From positions 2,367,628 through 2,431,627 of the forward strand of contig OZ037771.1 in assembly GCA_964035545.1 (NCBI GenBank): 64,000 bases of DNA, written 5' to 3'. Made by a program: the position numbers and the translations under genes. How positions within the stretch are numbered: position 1 is the first letter of the stretch; every line of letters begins with the position of its first letter. The notes beneath the pieces are model-generated. The model saw nothing but the letters and a program-made list of their open reading frames with translations. It was not told the DNA's origin and did not search any database. This stretch comes from Bugula neritina. Lineage: Eukaryota; Animalia; Bryozoa. Below, piece by piece: positions 27,501 to 42,500 of this stretch.

Positions 27501-30500
27501 TTTTTCTTTAACGTACTCTCTGGTGAATTTATTTTATAGTTGGTTGAGCTGCTGGTCAGACTTTTACAGACTCCACTGAGAGGCTCCTCTGATATTATGT
27601 AAGTAATTCTATTCTTATGAGATGTTTCTTAAACAATTCTTGATAGTGTGTAGAATTTCTTGATTCCTTGTAAAAAGAAAAATTCTTGTATAATTATGTT
27701 GAAATCATGGTGTTTGCAGCAGTCGATGAATAAAAATAGATCGAATAAATAAATAAGTAAAAATAATTTAGGCTTTTCTTAGTCATTTTTGTAATTGTAG
27801 TATTTAAATGTTGTTGTAACATCAGTTTCAAAAACTTTAAAGAATATAAAAATTAATTTTGGTTTATAACTCATGATTTTTTTTAATTTTGAAGTTTTCT
27901 TCTTTTTGTGTTTAATTCTAGAACTGCACTTGTTTTGATACACATTGCACAGGATTCCTTGTCTTTCTAATGTCAAATACGGTCATCTTTTTATAGTTTC
28001 AATTTTGATGGAAATTGTCTCACCATTTATATAGTTGAATAATTTAATAAATTTGGAGTTGTCTATATTTTACTATGTTCTAATTGTAGACATCTGCAGA
28101 AAGTGTTTGCAAAGTCGTATGATGTCCTCTACTATTATCTCAAAGGAAACAGTCGGAAAAATGAATTATATATAGCTAAACACATTGACTTTTTCCAAAC
28201 TCAGTTTGATCTTGGGGTAAGTCAATGTTGATCTCACATTAAAACTCATTAAAGTTCTTAAATTGTAAATAACCATTTGCACTCTCGGCATTTCCACTGA
28301 TTTGAACAACGTATTGTATATTTCGGTAAAAAAATTTACTGAGAACTGATCTACGCTCCAAAACATCCGTGAGAAGAGGATTGAGTTTTTTCTTGTCAAA
28401 AAGAATATTCGTATGCTTTTATAAGTGAAAGCAATAAAATTATCGGTTTTAACATCATATTTTGTAGCTTAGTGTTCAATTAATAAACCCCCAGGCATAC
28501 ATTTCAGAGGTAATTTGAGATTATAGGTGTTGACAAAAAACCAAACTTTGTATGCACGCTAACACTTTGTCTTATGTCTAACATTAATTGTTTTAGTTTA
28601 AATCCTTTTCTTATGTAGAAGTTATGTTTGTCAAATAACCTAAAGTTACATCTTATTTAGTGTCACTGATACATTGTCATCAAAAAGAAGTTTAAAAAAT
28701 ATTTATTAATAGAAAATATACATTATTGAAAATATTATTTAGTTTAATTTAAATGAAAATATTTATTTTGGTAATAAAATACAAGAAAACTAGACTTATT
28801 TTTCGTGTGACAATACAATATGCTTTTTATGAGTGAACAGAAATTCAGTTCAAATACTTTGTGAGCTAAAATTTAGCTGTTTATCAATATAAATGTTCTC
28901 TTTTCTATCTTTATTTTACTCAACTGTCTGTTTCAATAAGTTTTGAAATAATTTAATCTGATTAACACTTTCATGTCTCCTTGTTTCATTTGTGGATGCT
29001 GTTTTCATAGATCGCAAATCTAGAGGTAAAGTTATGTCCCTTGCTCTTTGCTTTTAGGTTTTTAGTAGAATCTCTTTCTCTATTTTTCCACTATACTTTC
29101 CTCTAGTTCCAGGACCAGTTACTATAATATAATAATAAAACAATAAACACTTCTCTGGTTAGCTAATAAATGTAAGCGGTTTAAATGTAGTGTTACTAGC
29201 AAGTGTTTAGTATTTAACCATAGTGGTTCCCTACAACTTATAAAATGGTGGTAGGAAACTTTAAGCTTTTTCGTACATTTTCGTATCTAATTAAAATTAA
29301 AATAATTTTTGTTTTGGCACAGTTGCTATAATAATATTTACACGTAATTGTGATATATTCGAGTAAAAGTAGTTTTGTCAAAGTTGCTAACAGTTATGAA
29401 CTTTAAAACCAATACTTATTGTTTTACACAAGTGTGATTAGTCTGAAATTGTAACAAATGTTCTATTTAATTGCATGGAGTAATTTAAGACACTTTATAT
29501 AGAGATTTGGTATAGTACTATAAGTATCTGTATTACAGGGTGATATTGGTTTGAAAGCTGTGCACATGGTGATGGAACTCATCAAAGACAACAGAAAGAT
29601 TGTAGACAGGATAACTAAAGAGCATATTAACACATTTGTTAATTTACTCACCCAGAAGAAGGTTAGACATCAATAACATCACTGATTATTCTTGTAGATA
29701 ACTTACTAGATGAATATAATATTCATTCGGTATCAGCATAGTAGCTGTAGTGCTCAGTAGTTGTGGCAGCAATTTCGTTTTGGATTATGCAATCAGCTGT
29801 TGGAGTTGGTAAGGCTTTTCTTGTGTTGTTATATGAAGACTTCCAAATGTTTAGAGAGGTTGTATTGTTGTGTAGAACTACCAGTATCTGGATTTGCTCA
29901 GCGTGCTGTGTGTCTGTGATGGAATGGCTCTACCGGAGAACCAGGAGCACATCACCAGAGCGTGGCTCATGGGCGGCAACAAGAACGTCGTGTACAACAC
30001 TGACCTCGGTGAAAAGATAGATAGAGATCGGGGAGTAGTATACATGTCGACTGACAACGGCCGGTCGTGGATAGCTCTCCATGAGTTTGTGGCCAAGGTG
30101 TGTGTTCTACTTGTTATACCTGTGTAGTGTATTTATTGCCTATCAAATTTTGCTCTACATACACACCAATAGTGAAAGCTTCGTGACCCGCTATTCGCAA
30201 AACAGTAAAGCTTTTCAGCTCACAGCATCCTTATAAAGGTCTTGAGTCAAATTTATTTTTGTCAAATTAAAAAAAATCAGCTGCTTGAAGCCTTTATGAC
30301 GATGCCGGGATATTTAACAAGCTAGTTTCCATCCTTTTCCTTTTGAACATACCGACCCCACCTGCTGAATAATGTCATGGAGTGAAACACTTGCAACTCC
30401 CATTGTAGCATGTCACTTGTTCTTGACACTTTATCCGCTAATGTCGAGCAATACCACAATGGCTTGTTCACAAATGCAGGAATATCATTGGTCCAGTACT

Positions 30501-33500
30501 TGTTCAAAGTGGCACAAGTCTTTTCTGATGCATTTGGTATTTGTCAACCAGATATTTTAGTCTTGGGTAAAATTTCAAAGCTGTTAAGTTTGTAGCTAAG
30601 AACTTTTTTTATGCAGAGTTTACAACTAACTACTTACTGTTGAGTTTAAAAATTTGAATATCCTTCTGCATGTTAGCCCTAGTATGCCACTAAATTAACC
30701 AAACTCTGCCTGCATCTGTGAATAAGCCACCAGTGCATTATTGTGCAACTTGCATTGTTACCAAAAACTTATTTCCTTCAAACATTTCTTTATTTGGCAA
30801 AACCTTTTAAAATAAACTATTGCAAAAGTTTGTACAAAACACTGCATGTTATGCAAACTGTAACAAGCTAAATATAGGTGCAGATTTGCGGATTTTTGGA
30901 ATAGCTTTTGTTCTAGTAATTTAAATTTAAATATTGAAAATTAAAATTGTAAGCTCAAGCTAAACCATAATTTGCATTTCTACGCTGCTCTAATGTAGTC
31001 TGTGGTCTCAGTACAGACCCAGACGTGCAAGTAAACGGCTCGATAGTCAAGGCATCTTTCAGCTTTATAATATTTCCTTACTTGTAAATCATTAGTATCG
31101 TCTTGTCGTATGTGAAGTTATGAGTATTTTGTGTATTAGTTATAGGTGGCATGGAGGTACAAGTGTTGTGCTTTACTTATGCTTTTAATATTGTAAATAT
31201 ATTGTAATGCTGTATTTGTTTATAATCAGGTACCAATGCTTCAAAACCAGAATGAGGTATTGTTTGGGACAGCCTTTCCTTTCTTTACTTCTTGTGTGGA
31301 GTGTTAAAGTAGTAATACTTAGTAGTAGTAGCCGGTTACTCTGCACCACCAACATTTATTGACTGACAGTGACTATTAATGACTTCCAGTGACTGCTAGT
31401 GACTGAAACTGTAACTGGGTGTGTCTTTACAACTAATAATTAGCACCAAAACTAGTAGGACTAACAGTAACAGTCAAATGTTAAATTGTTTAGAGTGACT
31501 GATATTTGTTAATAGTTAACCATTGGTAATTGATCAATACCAACTACATACTTTTTAGAAATTGCCCCTCCCCCCAACTTCTAAAAGAAAAACTGCACGT
31601 GAGCAGATACAATAAAATGAGACAATAAATTTAAAACTTAAATAGTTGTGTGTACATCACTTCCAGTTAAAATGAATTCATTTTACATGCTAATCAAATC
31701 ACACAGAACTATTTTTAAATTTGTCAAAATTTCTTGACTCACAAAGTGGCAGCTCACACCCCATCTGATTGGCTACCTGAAACTACTAAGCATTACAAAC
31801 TTGTTAGCTATTGGCTGTTTACTGTTACCCTAGACTGCTGCCTCCCCACGTGCTGCCTGACCACCCACCAGCTGCCAACTTCTAGTACTAACTCTCTTCA
31901 TTGTTTGAACTGGTTTGTTTGTAATTCTACTAATCACACTGAACCAAAAGTTGGCGCTCTTTTTGCTTGAAATTTTCTGCTTCAACTATGCATAATAAAA
32001 CAGTGTTACTGGAGATTGGTATAAATCATACACTACTGGATAACAAAACATAAATACTAATTTGAAAAAATACAAAACTTACAAATACAAATACAAAAAT
32101 ATTTGGAATTCAAAAAGAAATTATTGTACTTTGATGCAAGATATCTCATGCCACATGTGTAGAAGCTTGAGGCACTTGGTTACACCTGTCTCTTCTCTAT
32201 CTACCATTTGTTGGTTACCGGTGTGGGCATGTTTACATCTCTCTCTGTCGTCTGCCGTGTCAAATATAATGCTAAAGTGTAAACTCCTGGAGATCTTCTT
32301 GTAGAAATTGCTTCTAGAACTTACAGTTGACTTTGCTTTAAGACAAGACTGACTACCAGTCACTGTAGACAAATACCACAACAGTGGATGTTGACACAAT
32401 TTAGTGTCAACACTAGTAATTTAGTGTCAACACTAGTAATTTAGTGTCAACATTAATATTTGGTGTCAACCCTTATGTTGAAATATGCATGCAGCTTGCT
32501 GCTAAATTAATAACTTAATTTATTTATTTATATAATATATTCAAAACCGTTTTTAATACACAAAATACTACTTGATGAACACTGCTATTCATTTGCTGAG
32601 TAAATGCTTTGTTAAAATATTATATTGTCACGCTATTTTATATACTATTCTTTACTCTGTTTTTAACAATTCATTTCCCATTTTATGTACTAAACTGATA
32701 TTACATATATTTTATATTACAGAACATGTGTTATAGTAGCAATAATTCAATATATTCAACATAATATACTAATATTCAACCATTCTATGTGGTACAGCAA
32801 GATGACTCAGCCATTGACAACCAGAAGTTCCTTTTCCTCACCCACCAGCTTGACCTCTTCGGTAAACTCTGCTTTGGTAGAAACAAGTTTGCTATAGATG
32901 TCATCACCAAGGCTCTCTCCTATCTCACATGGGAAGAAGCCTTCCTCTGCTTGAGCAACGAACAGCTTCCTGATAGCCTCAGAGCCAAATACTGTGACCT
33001 CATCATAGGTAGGCTGGTAGTGTGCACGCCCCTACTCTGTATAACTCACTTATTAACACACTGAAACAAACATGTATTTACTATATAAATATGTATCAAC
33101 TTAAGTTATTAGTATTTGATGTTAATAAATTATGAGATAACGTGTTTCAGCCATGTTTGTCGACATTGATGAGAATGTCTCCGTGCTGGATCGAATCAAA
33201 CTCACATTTGTGTACGATGAAGTCAACAACAATGCTGATGATGAGTTTGGAAAGGTATAAATATAACCTGTCTTGTGTTACTTTAGTGACAACTCGAGCA
33301 TTTATCACTAAGGTTCAAATAACTGCCGAAATGAAATTATTGTAGCATATAAAACAAGCTATAGTAAAAATGTCTATAGATTATGCATGACTGTATTCAA
33401 ATATAACTTTTTACTTTCTTTGACTCAAATCTTGTATATTACTAAAATATGTAGCATGTTATATGTATATAATGCTTGAATAGTAGTAATAATTAATTTA

Positions 33501-36500
33501 AACTTATGCTAAAATTACATGTTAGTATAATTTATGTATAGTTTTACTTTATTATATTTCCATCAAATATATAATATTTGTATATGCTTGTTTATAGCCA
33601 TAATTTTGAAATAGTCTTTGAAGACAGTTTATGAATAGGAATAATGCTTATTTTTAAAACTTGTTTGGCGCAGGTAGATGTACTGAGTGATGAGGTTAGT
33701 TTATGAACAGGTAGACTGGCATGACCCAATTATAAGTTGCTTTCTCCTTTGACATGGTGCCCTTTAAAGGATCCCTGACATAGCGCCCCTTGAAAGGATC
33801 TTTGACGAACTTCACCTACGCAGTTTTAAAATATTCATATATCTTAGCTAGCACCTACAGACTGAGTGTAGGGCTGGTTTCAATGTTTGAACTTTGAATT
33901 TTTAAGCCAGCTTGATGATTAAGATGTGTGCTGCAGCAGCTAAGAATAGCATGTAATGAAAATCAGAAATAATTAGTGTTAATTTTATTGTATCACACGG
34001 ACTTTAGAACCAACTGGAAATGTCATTAGCAAGTGATCAAAAATTTTAAATTTATTCAAAACATGTTTGTGCAAATTTTTTTTATAAATGAACTTGCTTG
34101 AGCATACAACCCTCAAACAGTGTGTAGATGATAGATAAGATATATATAAATATTGTGATACTGTATAGATGAATTGTATCGGGATCCTTTAATATCCCCT
34201 GACACATACACCCAGAGATGGCCTAGGTCATCATGTGCTCGCAGCTCCTGTCCCTTTGCTTTGTGGTCCCCTGCGTTCATTAGCAGGTTTGGGTCTAAGC
34301 TGAAACCCTTTACATGCAAAACCTTAACTATCTAATGGGAACAAATGCTATGCTCAAAAACAAATTTATAAAAATTACTTTTGAAAGCTTTTATGTTTAC
34401 CACGCTTGGGGCTCCAACTGCAGGGTTAAAGAAGCTTATGTTAACCATATTGTTTTTGTATGTCTTTTACACGTGCAACACCCACCAGTATTGTTTAACA
34501 TGTTATACTACATGGTTTTGTCATTTTGTTGAAGTTATTTATAGATGGTTTGGATCAGGTAGTTTTACAGTCACCATATGTTACTGTTGTAATACATGTA
34601 TTCTACTTCTTCACCGATTGCACAACAGAACCTACCACATTCTCTGTCTAGTTATTACATACACTATATTGTTATAGGCTTCGTATTACCAGCCATTACT
34701 GTTGTATACTTGTGTTGTTCATATTATATTCTCTTGATGACATCACCAGCTGTTATTGACCAACTTGGGAGTTGTCTTTTCTTAAGTATTTGGAAATATC
34801 CATGCCCTTGCCAAAAATTTCTAGACAAAATTCAAAATAGAAATAACACTTTTTTCAAGTATATAAGATGAAAATGGTATAGGTTAAACTTTAAAGACTA
34901 CTTGTAATTTTTGAAAATTTTTAAATTTTATAGTATAAACCACAGTTTTACTTTGCTGTATCATTAACATTATTTCTGGAATTATCTTTCCTTGCATCAT
35001 TATAGCATGCAAGTATATTATTAGCATGTAAAAATGAGAAATCCTTGTCAGCAGTTAATGCATGTTTTCCTTTTAAGTGACTGATTCTTTCGATGAGAAA
35101 ACTGAGCATTTTATTTGTAAATTCGAACACTACAGAAATTTGGTCATTTCTTAAACAATTTTTACAACTAAATGAAAGTTTTAGTTATCAAAATTTGTTG
35201 AGGAGACTATTTTTCATAGGTTTGTTTATAACAACTGCTCCAATATTGAGTGCTATACCAGCTTCCTTCTTGGTGTCATTTTTGGAAAATATTTTCTTAC
35301 TCGTAGTCGTTGTTTAGAAATGCTACTTCGCTGAAAAATACTCTAATATTTTGTTTCCTACCTCCTATTTTTTTCCAATCTGTAGTAGTTCACTCTAAAA
35401 GTCAAGGTCACAGTTCCTGCTAACATCTCGAGCTTCGAACTGTTACAGCTGATTTCAACTTAAATTTGTTTACAACTTTGCATCTCTAAAGACATCATTA
35501 AACACATTGTTAGAAACTAATGTATTAGCTTAACGAGAACGCAGAGAATAGGCTATCATTCTAACATATTAATTTGATCTTCTGCTGTTACGGATGCTCA
35601 GCAATGATAAGTGTGTCCAAATTAATTTGAATAATTTTATCACATAACATCCATCGTGAAATGTAGCTCCCAGATGCTATTTTAGGACATGCTTTTTGAA
35701 ATGCTTTACTTCTACATATTTATATACACTGTCTGGTACACTATTTACTTTCACAGTCAATCTCCAGAAGTGAGATTACAATGGCGTATTTCCCTCAGCT
35801 ACGGGACTGGATATCAGGTTTTCTTGATAAGAACAAGGATATGACAGCATCTATGATTGGACACAATCTTCTAGGTTAGCCAATCATTAAACTTGATTTA
35901 TAATAAGTATCTAATGTCTGCTAAAAGTAAGGTATTTCAACTTAAAATTGCTTATTTAGTGCCTGAAGCTTTCTATTTGACTGATCAAAGAATGTTTCAG
36001 GCATTTGATCATTTAAAGATTTACTTCCCAAGTAATTTAAACCGATTTATTGAGCATGACTAGTGATACTGTGTCAGTTAGCTTATTGGACATGATTCAC
36101 ATTATATCGTATATACAAGAACCAGTACCATGAATATACACTCTTTACTTTATGCTAATATAAGCTATGATTTATTTATATTATATAGAATTGTCAATAC
36201 AGTGCAATCCCTCATGGCATCTTATCTATTATTTATCTGCTATGTTGGAAGATTTCATTCTCGACTTATTTTATGATGTCGTACCATGACGTACATGTAC
36301 TATTGTATCACTGTATAGTGTATAATATTGTATTATGGTGTTTTGTATGATTTTATTTTGCATCATATGTAATTCATATTTATATCTGATTCTAACATAG
36401 TGTTTCAATTTCATTGAACTACATTGATATCATTATTATTGGTTTTCTAGAGTTTATATTACTTTTATATAGAACTCACGCAAGTTCCTTTATTGCTATT

Positions 36501-39500
36501 ACCTAGTTACTATGTTACTTTTATATAATACCGTATTATTGTTATATTACTGTATATTAATATAATAGCATAATATTGGTCTACTACTGTATATTAATAT
36601 AATAGCATAATATTGGTCTACTACTGTATATTAATATAATAGCATAATATTGGTCTACTACTGTATATTAATGTTGGATTATTTCAGTGGAGCAAGTTCT
36701 AAGATTGGTGCACTACCTAGTTAAGTACGGTTACTATGGAAACACAGACGACATTAAGCAACTTATGCGACCTCTACTTGACCTTATGGATGGACGAAAT
36801 GACAAACCATACATTCGCACTGACAAAAGTAAGTCATACAGTATTCTATACATAGCTGATATGAAATGACTTTTTTCTTCTGGTAGTTATCTTCTCTCGT
36901 TGGAGGTAAATGCATAAGCATCATTGTTTTATATAATTATTGTGAAGCAATATTATACTGAGACAATAAGTAAGGTGTGCAGGTCTGCAAATGGTTTCAA
37001 TGCACCAATATTTCAGTTTGCTGAAACCCATCATATGTGGTTACTTTTTCTAGCCTGGGAAACAATACATAAAATACTTGTATATACTGAATAACAGCAC
37101 TTATTTTTAGCCTCTAAGTTTTAAGACTAAAGCAAATATTAAAAAAAACACATCTAATGATGCATCAACTACATATTACTAAGGAAAACAACTTTTCACA
37201 TGGAATGCTGTAGTAGTAATCATTTAGTGCATATTATAAGGTTAGAATACTGAATATTAAAGACTAAGCCATAATTCTAGTTATTTAAATGCCTTTTACT
37301 ACAGCCAAACAGTGAACTTATCTCCAACAACTGGCAGGAAAAGCAATGAATTCAGACAGCCATTTTGGTTGTCTGTTATCGTAGTATGATATCATTATAT
37401 AATTAAATAATAACATGTAATTAGTAACCTAATGAATATTTGAAGCAGGCGCCATGTTAGAAACTCACGTGGGCCTGTTTTGCTACTTAATATCATCGAA
37501 ATTCTTTGAAGTATGGCTTCCTCACCAAACCAATGTTATGAAATCTTCTCAATAAGATTTAAAAAAGAGCCTTTTAATGTAATTTTTAACAACTTATAGC
37601 ATTTAATATAAATTTTATTAGTTTTAGTCTTCAATGCTAGTCTGCAGAGACTAGCCTGTTGGCTTAAATTTAGCCTATTGGCTTAAATTTAGTTTGACTT
37701 TCAGTCAACTCAAAATTTTCTTTACTATACAGTTACAGTTTTTTTTTCGTGTCATATTGACACCATCAGTTTTAGTCACCATTCTACAATCCTAATAGAA
37801 GTCAAAATCACAGTCACACCAGCTGGTGAAAAAGTTTTCTAAGTTTTGGTAGTCAAATAGAACAAGTTATCTCCTTTAGAAGTAGATTTCAGTTAAATTA
37901 AAATTCATAATAAAAACTTTGTATTAAATTTTTTATGACTTTGCGGAGTTGACAATACATACAAGACAAAAAATATGCTTCCAAGGACAAAATTGCAGAA
38001 TACAAACAAATATAAATAAGCAGTTGCCACATAAGTATTACACATTGTTTAGCTTAGAAAAAGCTAATGCTTCCATTACACAATATAAAAATGTTTCACA
38101 AACAACTGGCAGAACAGTTTACAGATATAGACTGATTAACAAGTCTGAAAATATGTAGTATTTGTCTATAAATGAGCGGAAGTGGAATACAAAAAGGAAT
38201 GGCAAGTTTCAGTGAAGATTTCTATGCTTGCAACACCAAATAGCACGGAATGCTTTCCTAAACTGTCTGTTGAAAGAGGTATAGAGAATAGGGTTCAAAG
38301 CTGAGTTGATATAACCAAGCCATATCAAGAGCTTCTAAAAATCAACATATGTATTAGTAGTTTTATTGATTATGAATTTAAAATAAACAACGGGTTTTAT
38401 AATTGCTAGCATTGACTCCATCAACTTTAATAATTACCAACTGTGAGTTTAGTGAAATACAAGTATTATGTTATAGCAGCACACTGTTGAAGGTACTCTC
38501 CCGGGTGTAATTTACAGTTTGAGGAATTTTTAGAAACCATGTTTAGAGTAGGGTTGCATGAGACAAGAGTGTAGAATGGTTGGGTGATGTAAATGTTTTA
38601 TATATATCTACATTTTTTCGTCATGCTGTTTTTTCTGTACATTGCTGCAGTACCTGTACTTGACTTTTTTTGATAAGAAAAGGTATTAATATTTTTATTC
38701 ATGGAAAACAAAAAAAGGTATTGATAATGTTGATAAATTCGTAAAAGTTGAATTTGTTCTACATTGATCACAGCTATGTTTAGTTGAAAGTATGTTTATA
38801 ATTTCATGCTTTCAAAGCTGTACATAAATATTATATGCAAAAACTAATTTTGGACACAAAGTTTGGATTTTTCTGTAACAGAAAAGTTTGTGTTGTTTAG
38901 TAAATTATAAAAATCAGTGTACAACGAATGTTCTCCATATTCTGCCAGGTGTCTGAATTAACACTCCAGTAATGAACTTAGTAGACTTATTGACTAAATC
39001 TACTTAAATAGTTGATGAACTTGGAATAATTACATAATCACCAATGTTATTTAGTTCCAAGTATACGAATACATAATTACTATAAATCCATAATTAGAGT
39101 AAGAGTGGGCTTATTCATGTTACACCGTATTTTAATCAGATAACATCATAATATTAATGTAATATAATTATTAAACACTCATTCCTAGCTTCTTAAGCAA
39201 GAAGGCCAATAATTATACTCGTGATCAGAAAGAAGTAGAGCAAAATAAATTACTATGGCGAAATACATGAAATAATGATGAATAAAGTGTAATTTTTTAG
39301 CTTCCTTTTCATTACAGTTTTGAAAAGATTCTGCAGTTTTCAACACTAGATTTGTGCAACAGAAAATAAGTTGTATAACGTAGGAGGGAAAAAGTGTTCC
39401 TGGAATGTGGGTTACATAAGAATAATGTCTTCAGACACTTGTACATTATTTAAGATACATTTGCAGTGACAAAACAGCTAAAATTATGAAATATAAAGAC

Positions 39501-42500
39501 TGTATCTGCAAATAACATCAATAAAGCTGTAATTACTAGCTATTTCATTTGCTCTTACATTATACTATGAAACTGTAAGTTCAGTCTGAGAATTAGTTTA
39601 TTCGCAGGTAATTAGCTAAGGAAATTAATTAAAACTAAGTTTACCTGCACAGAGGTGGGGATGCAATTTGGACATCTATGATCAAGAGCACTTCTAGTTA
39701 CATACATGATGAAAAATGGCATCCAACAAACCACAAATATTATCATAATGGTCAGCATGATACGTGTTGCTTTCTCTTCCCTCCGATCTCTTTTCCTTTT
39801 TGAGGACATTTCTTTTAATCGGTTGATCTCTGTGTCTTCATTTTTATTAGGTCTATATTTGCATTCTGAAACATTTTTTTATAAATTGTTTTAAACACAA
39901 TTAAATGTTACAACATCTAAGTTTAAATATTTGCATCTTCACTGCTTATCAAAGCAAGTCATGATGCAGTTATACCTAATGGTTATGACATATTTTTCAA
40001 TTTATTAATGAAATTGATGAATAATATTTACAGCAACCATTCTCACCAAATTACGTTCCTTCATAGGAAAGAGGTTTTAACTTGCAGCTGGAAGTGTAAA
40101 TATACCAGTATATTCAATTTGCAGTATGTCTGGTTTATTACTCGTGAGATATTTGTTTCAGAAATTATTATGGCTTCTGATTCTATTTTGTAATTTGAGT
40201 AGCAAGTTTAAGTTTGCTAGTATTATATACAGGTTGAGTTTGCTAGTACACTAGTCAGTTTGAGTTTACTAGTAGTATATTCAGTTTGAGTTTGCTAGTA
40301 CACTATTCAGTTTGAGTTTACTAGTAGTATATTCAGTTTGAGTTTGCTAGTTGCACATTCAGTTTGAATTTACTAATATTATATTCAGTTTAAGTTTGTT
40401 AGTATTATATACAGGTTTAGTTTACTAGCAGTATATTCAGTTTGAGTTTGCTAGCAGTATATAATTTGCCATTACCTGTTGAACTTTGCTGATTTCTACT
40501 GTCATCCAGGTCTTTCAAAGGTATCAATGAGCTCTCATATTGCATCCTATTTGATTCTTTGGTTAATCTCTTGCCATCACTAGTGTCCTCAGATGTGTCT
40601 GACGGAGAGATGTTGTTTGCCAAGTCGCTTGTCTCATGGGGACTGAAAAATTACAAATGCTTCTGATTACAGTCCTAATAAGTGACCACAGTCCCAGTGA
40701 GTGACCACAACCACAGTAATAGCTAGCAAGCTTCTGGAAACTTTCATATACGGAAAGTTGGATTATTTGGTTCACAGTACTTTAAAGACCGTAAAAACAT
40801 TTTGTAGGATGTAATGTGGTGTTGCAGATAATTTTTACTTACCTAGATGATTCGTCTTCTTCAATGTCTTGCAGACGTTGCTGTATTTGCTGCGGCCTAG
40901 CTCCAGTGTTTGCCATTGTTTTACGGAGGTTTGCCTTTAACCGCTCCATTTCACTTGATCTATTAAAAAGATATTTTCAGTCAAATTTGATTTAAACTCT
41001 TTACAAGTTTTTTTTAAAAACTAAGAGCAGTACATATAAATATTCCCAAAACAAAGCAAAGTTAAGGGTTTCAAAATGCAAAATTCTTTTATTTCTGGTA
41101 TTGAGGGCATCAAAATGTAACTTTAAGCCTTTTCTTTGCCCCATCCTTTACAAATGTAGTCAGTAAAAGACGCACTAGTAAGTAGAAAATGTAAATCCTA
41201 CTTTACCTTCTTCGCAATTCTACATATATTCTGCCATAAATTAGGAAAAGGAAAATTGCCGGGACGACAAAAGTCATGATAGATGAGTACATGACAAAGT
41301 CTATTCGGATAAAAAGGGAGCAAGTGGGAGGGTGAGGCACTTGTAGGTAGCTTTTCCGAGTCATGTTGCCGAACCCAAAGAGCGGTGGTATACTAGTGAC
41401 AGTGGAGATCAGCCAGACGGTTGTGATGTATACCACTGATCTCTTCATGTGATGTCCACTTCTATACCATATAGGCCTGAATGTTGCAGTGTATCTATCA
41501 ATGGCTATCACCACCAAACCCCATATACTAGCAGTACACAACAAGACATCTGCAATACAATCAGTGACAACATTTGTTGGTATCCTGAAAATTTCTACAT
41601 TTCAAATTAAAGTTTAGGAGATGACTCAGTAGGGTTGGTGATGCTTATGTATATGTTTATTATTTTAATGTTTGCCAAATGGGAGCAGTCATGTTTTAGA
41701 AATAATGTAAAAGGCTCTCAGCTGAAATATTTGGGCTTAGTTCTGGCATGTCCATTGGTTTTAAGAGAAAGGGCCAGAAATAGCAGCCTCTCTCATGTTT
41801 AGGAGGTTTTGGTAGCTTTATCATCTGTAAACATTTTTAAAATACCATTTAAATAAATGCTATTATTTATACAAACCAGTTGCCCTTACCTATTATAAGC
41901 CATAAAAAACACAGCTCTTTTCCTATTGGCCAGTACTGAAAGATGTCATACATTGCCGAGAAGGGCAAGACAAGCGTGCCCAGTAGAAGGTCGCTGACTG
42001 CCAGGTTTGCAATTAGAATATTTGAAGGTGATGATTTGAGAGCGGAGCTGATTCTAACTGCTATAACTACAGTGATGTTCCCAGCTATGATCCATATTAT
42101 TATGACGATGAATACTATGATTAAGACCAGGTTCACAGCCGTTGAATTATCACTGTATGGAAAGAGTTTATCAGAGGAAGTAGTGTTAAAAGACATGGTT
42201 GATCTGTCTCGGGCAGCTAGCGGTTAGCTGCCAATTATTCGCTCTTGCAGCTGTCTCTATATTTCCTCGTAGCTGGTCCTTACTAAGGAAGCCAATTTAG
42301 ACATATAATGGAGATTTTCTTCCAAGGCAGCTCCTATTTTTTGTTGCTCGCTGTAAACAGGATATCAATGCTGTGTTACAGTTTCTATACATTGAAATCT
42401 ACTTAGAACAGTTTTAATACAATAAATTTGGAAAAATGCACTTTAACTGGAAGTGATTAAGTAAGATTGATAAACTTGAACTTGTTTTTTATTACTTGAA

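Noticed and set aside
30322-30595. Overlapping ~60-aa ORFs, possibly a transposon relic
   Set aside because: No recognisable motif, termini or TSD.
31146-31156. 11-nt AG..GT-bounded segment as a microexon
   Set aside because: Not frame-preserving and has a weak donor.
40050-40182. Possible additional GPCR ICL3 exon on the - strand
   Set aside because: Both candidate acceptors give in-frame stops before the strong donor near 40045; 40476 joins 39865 in frame without it.
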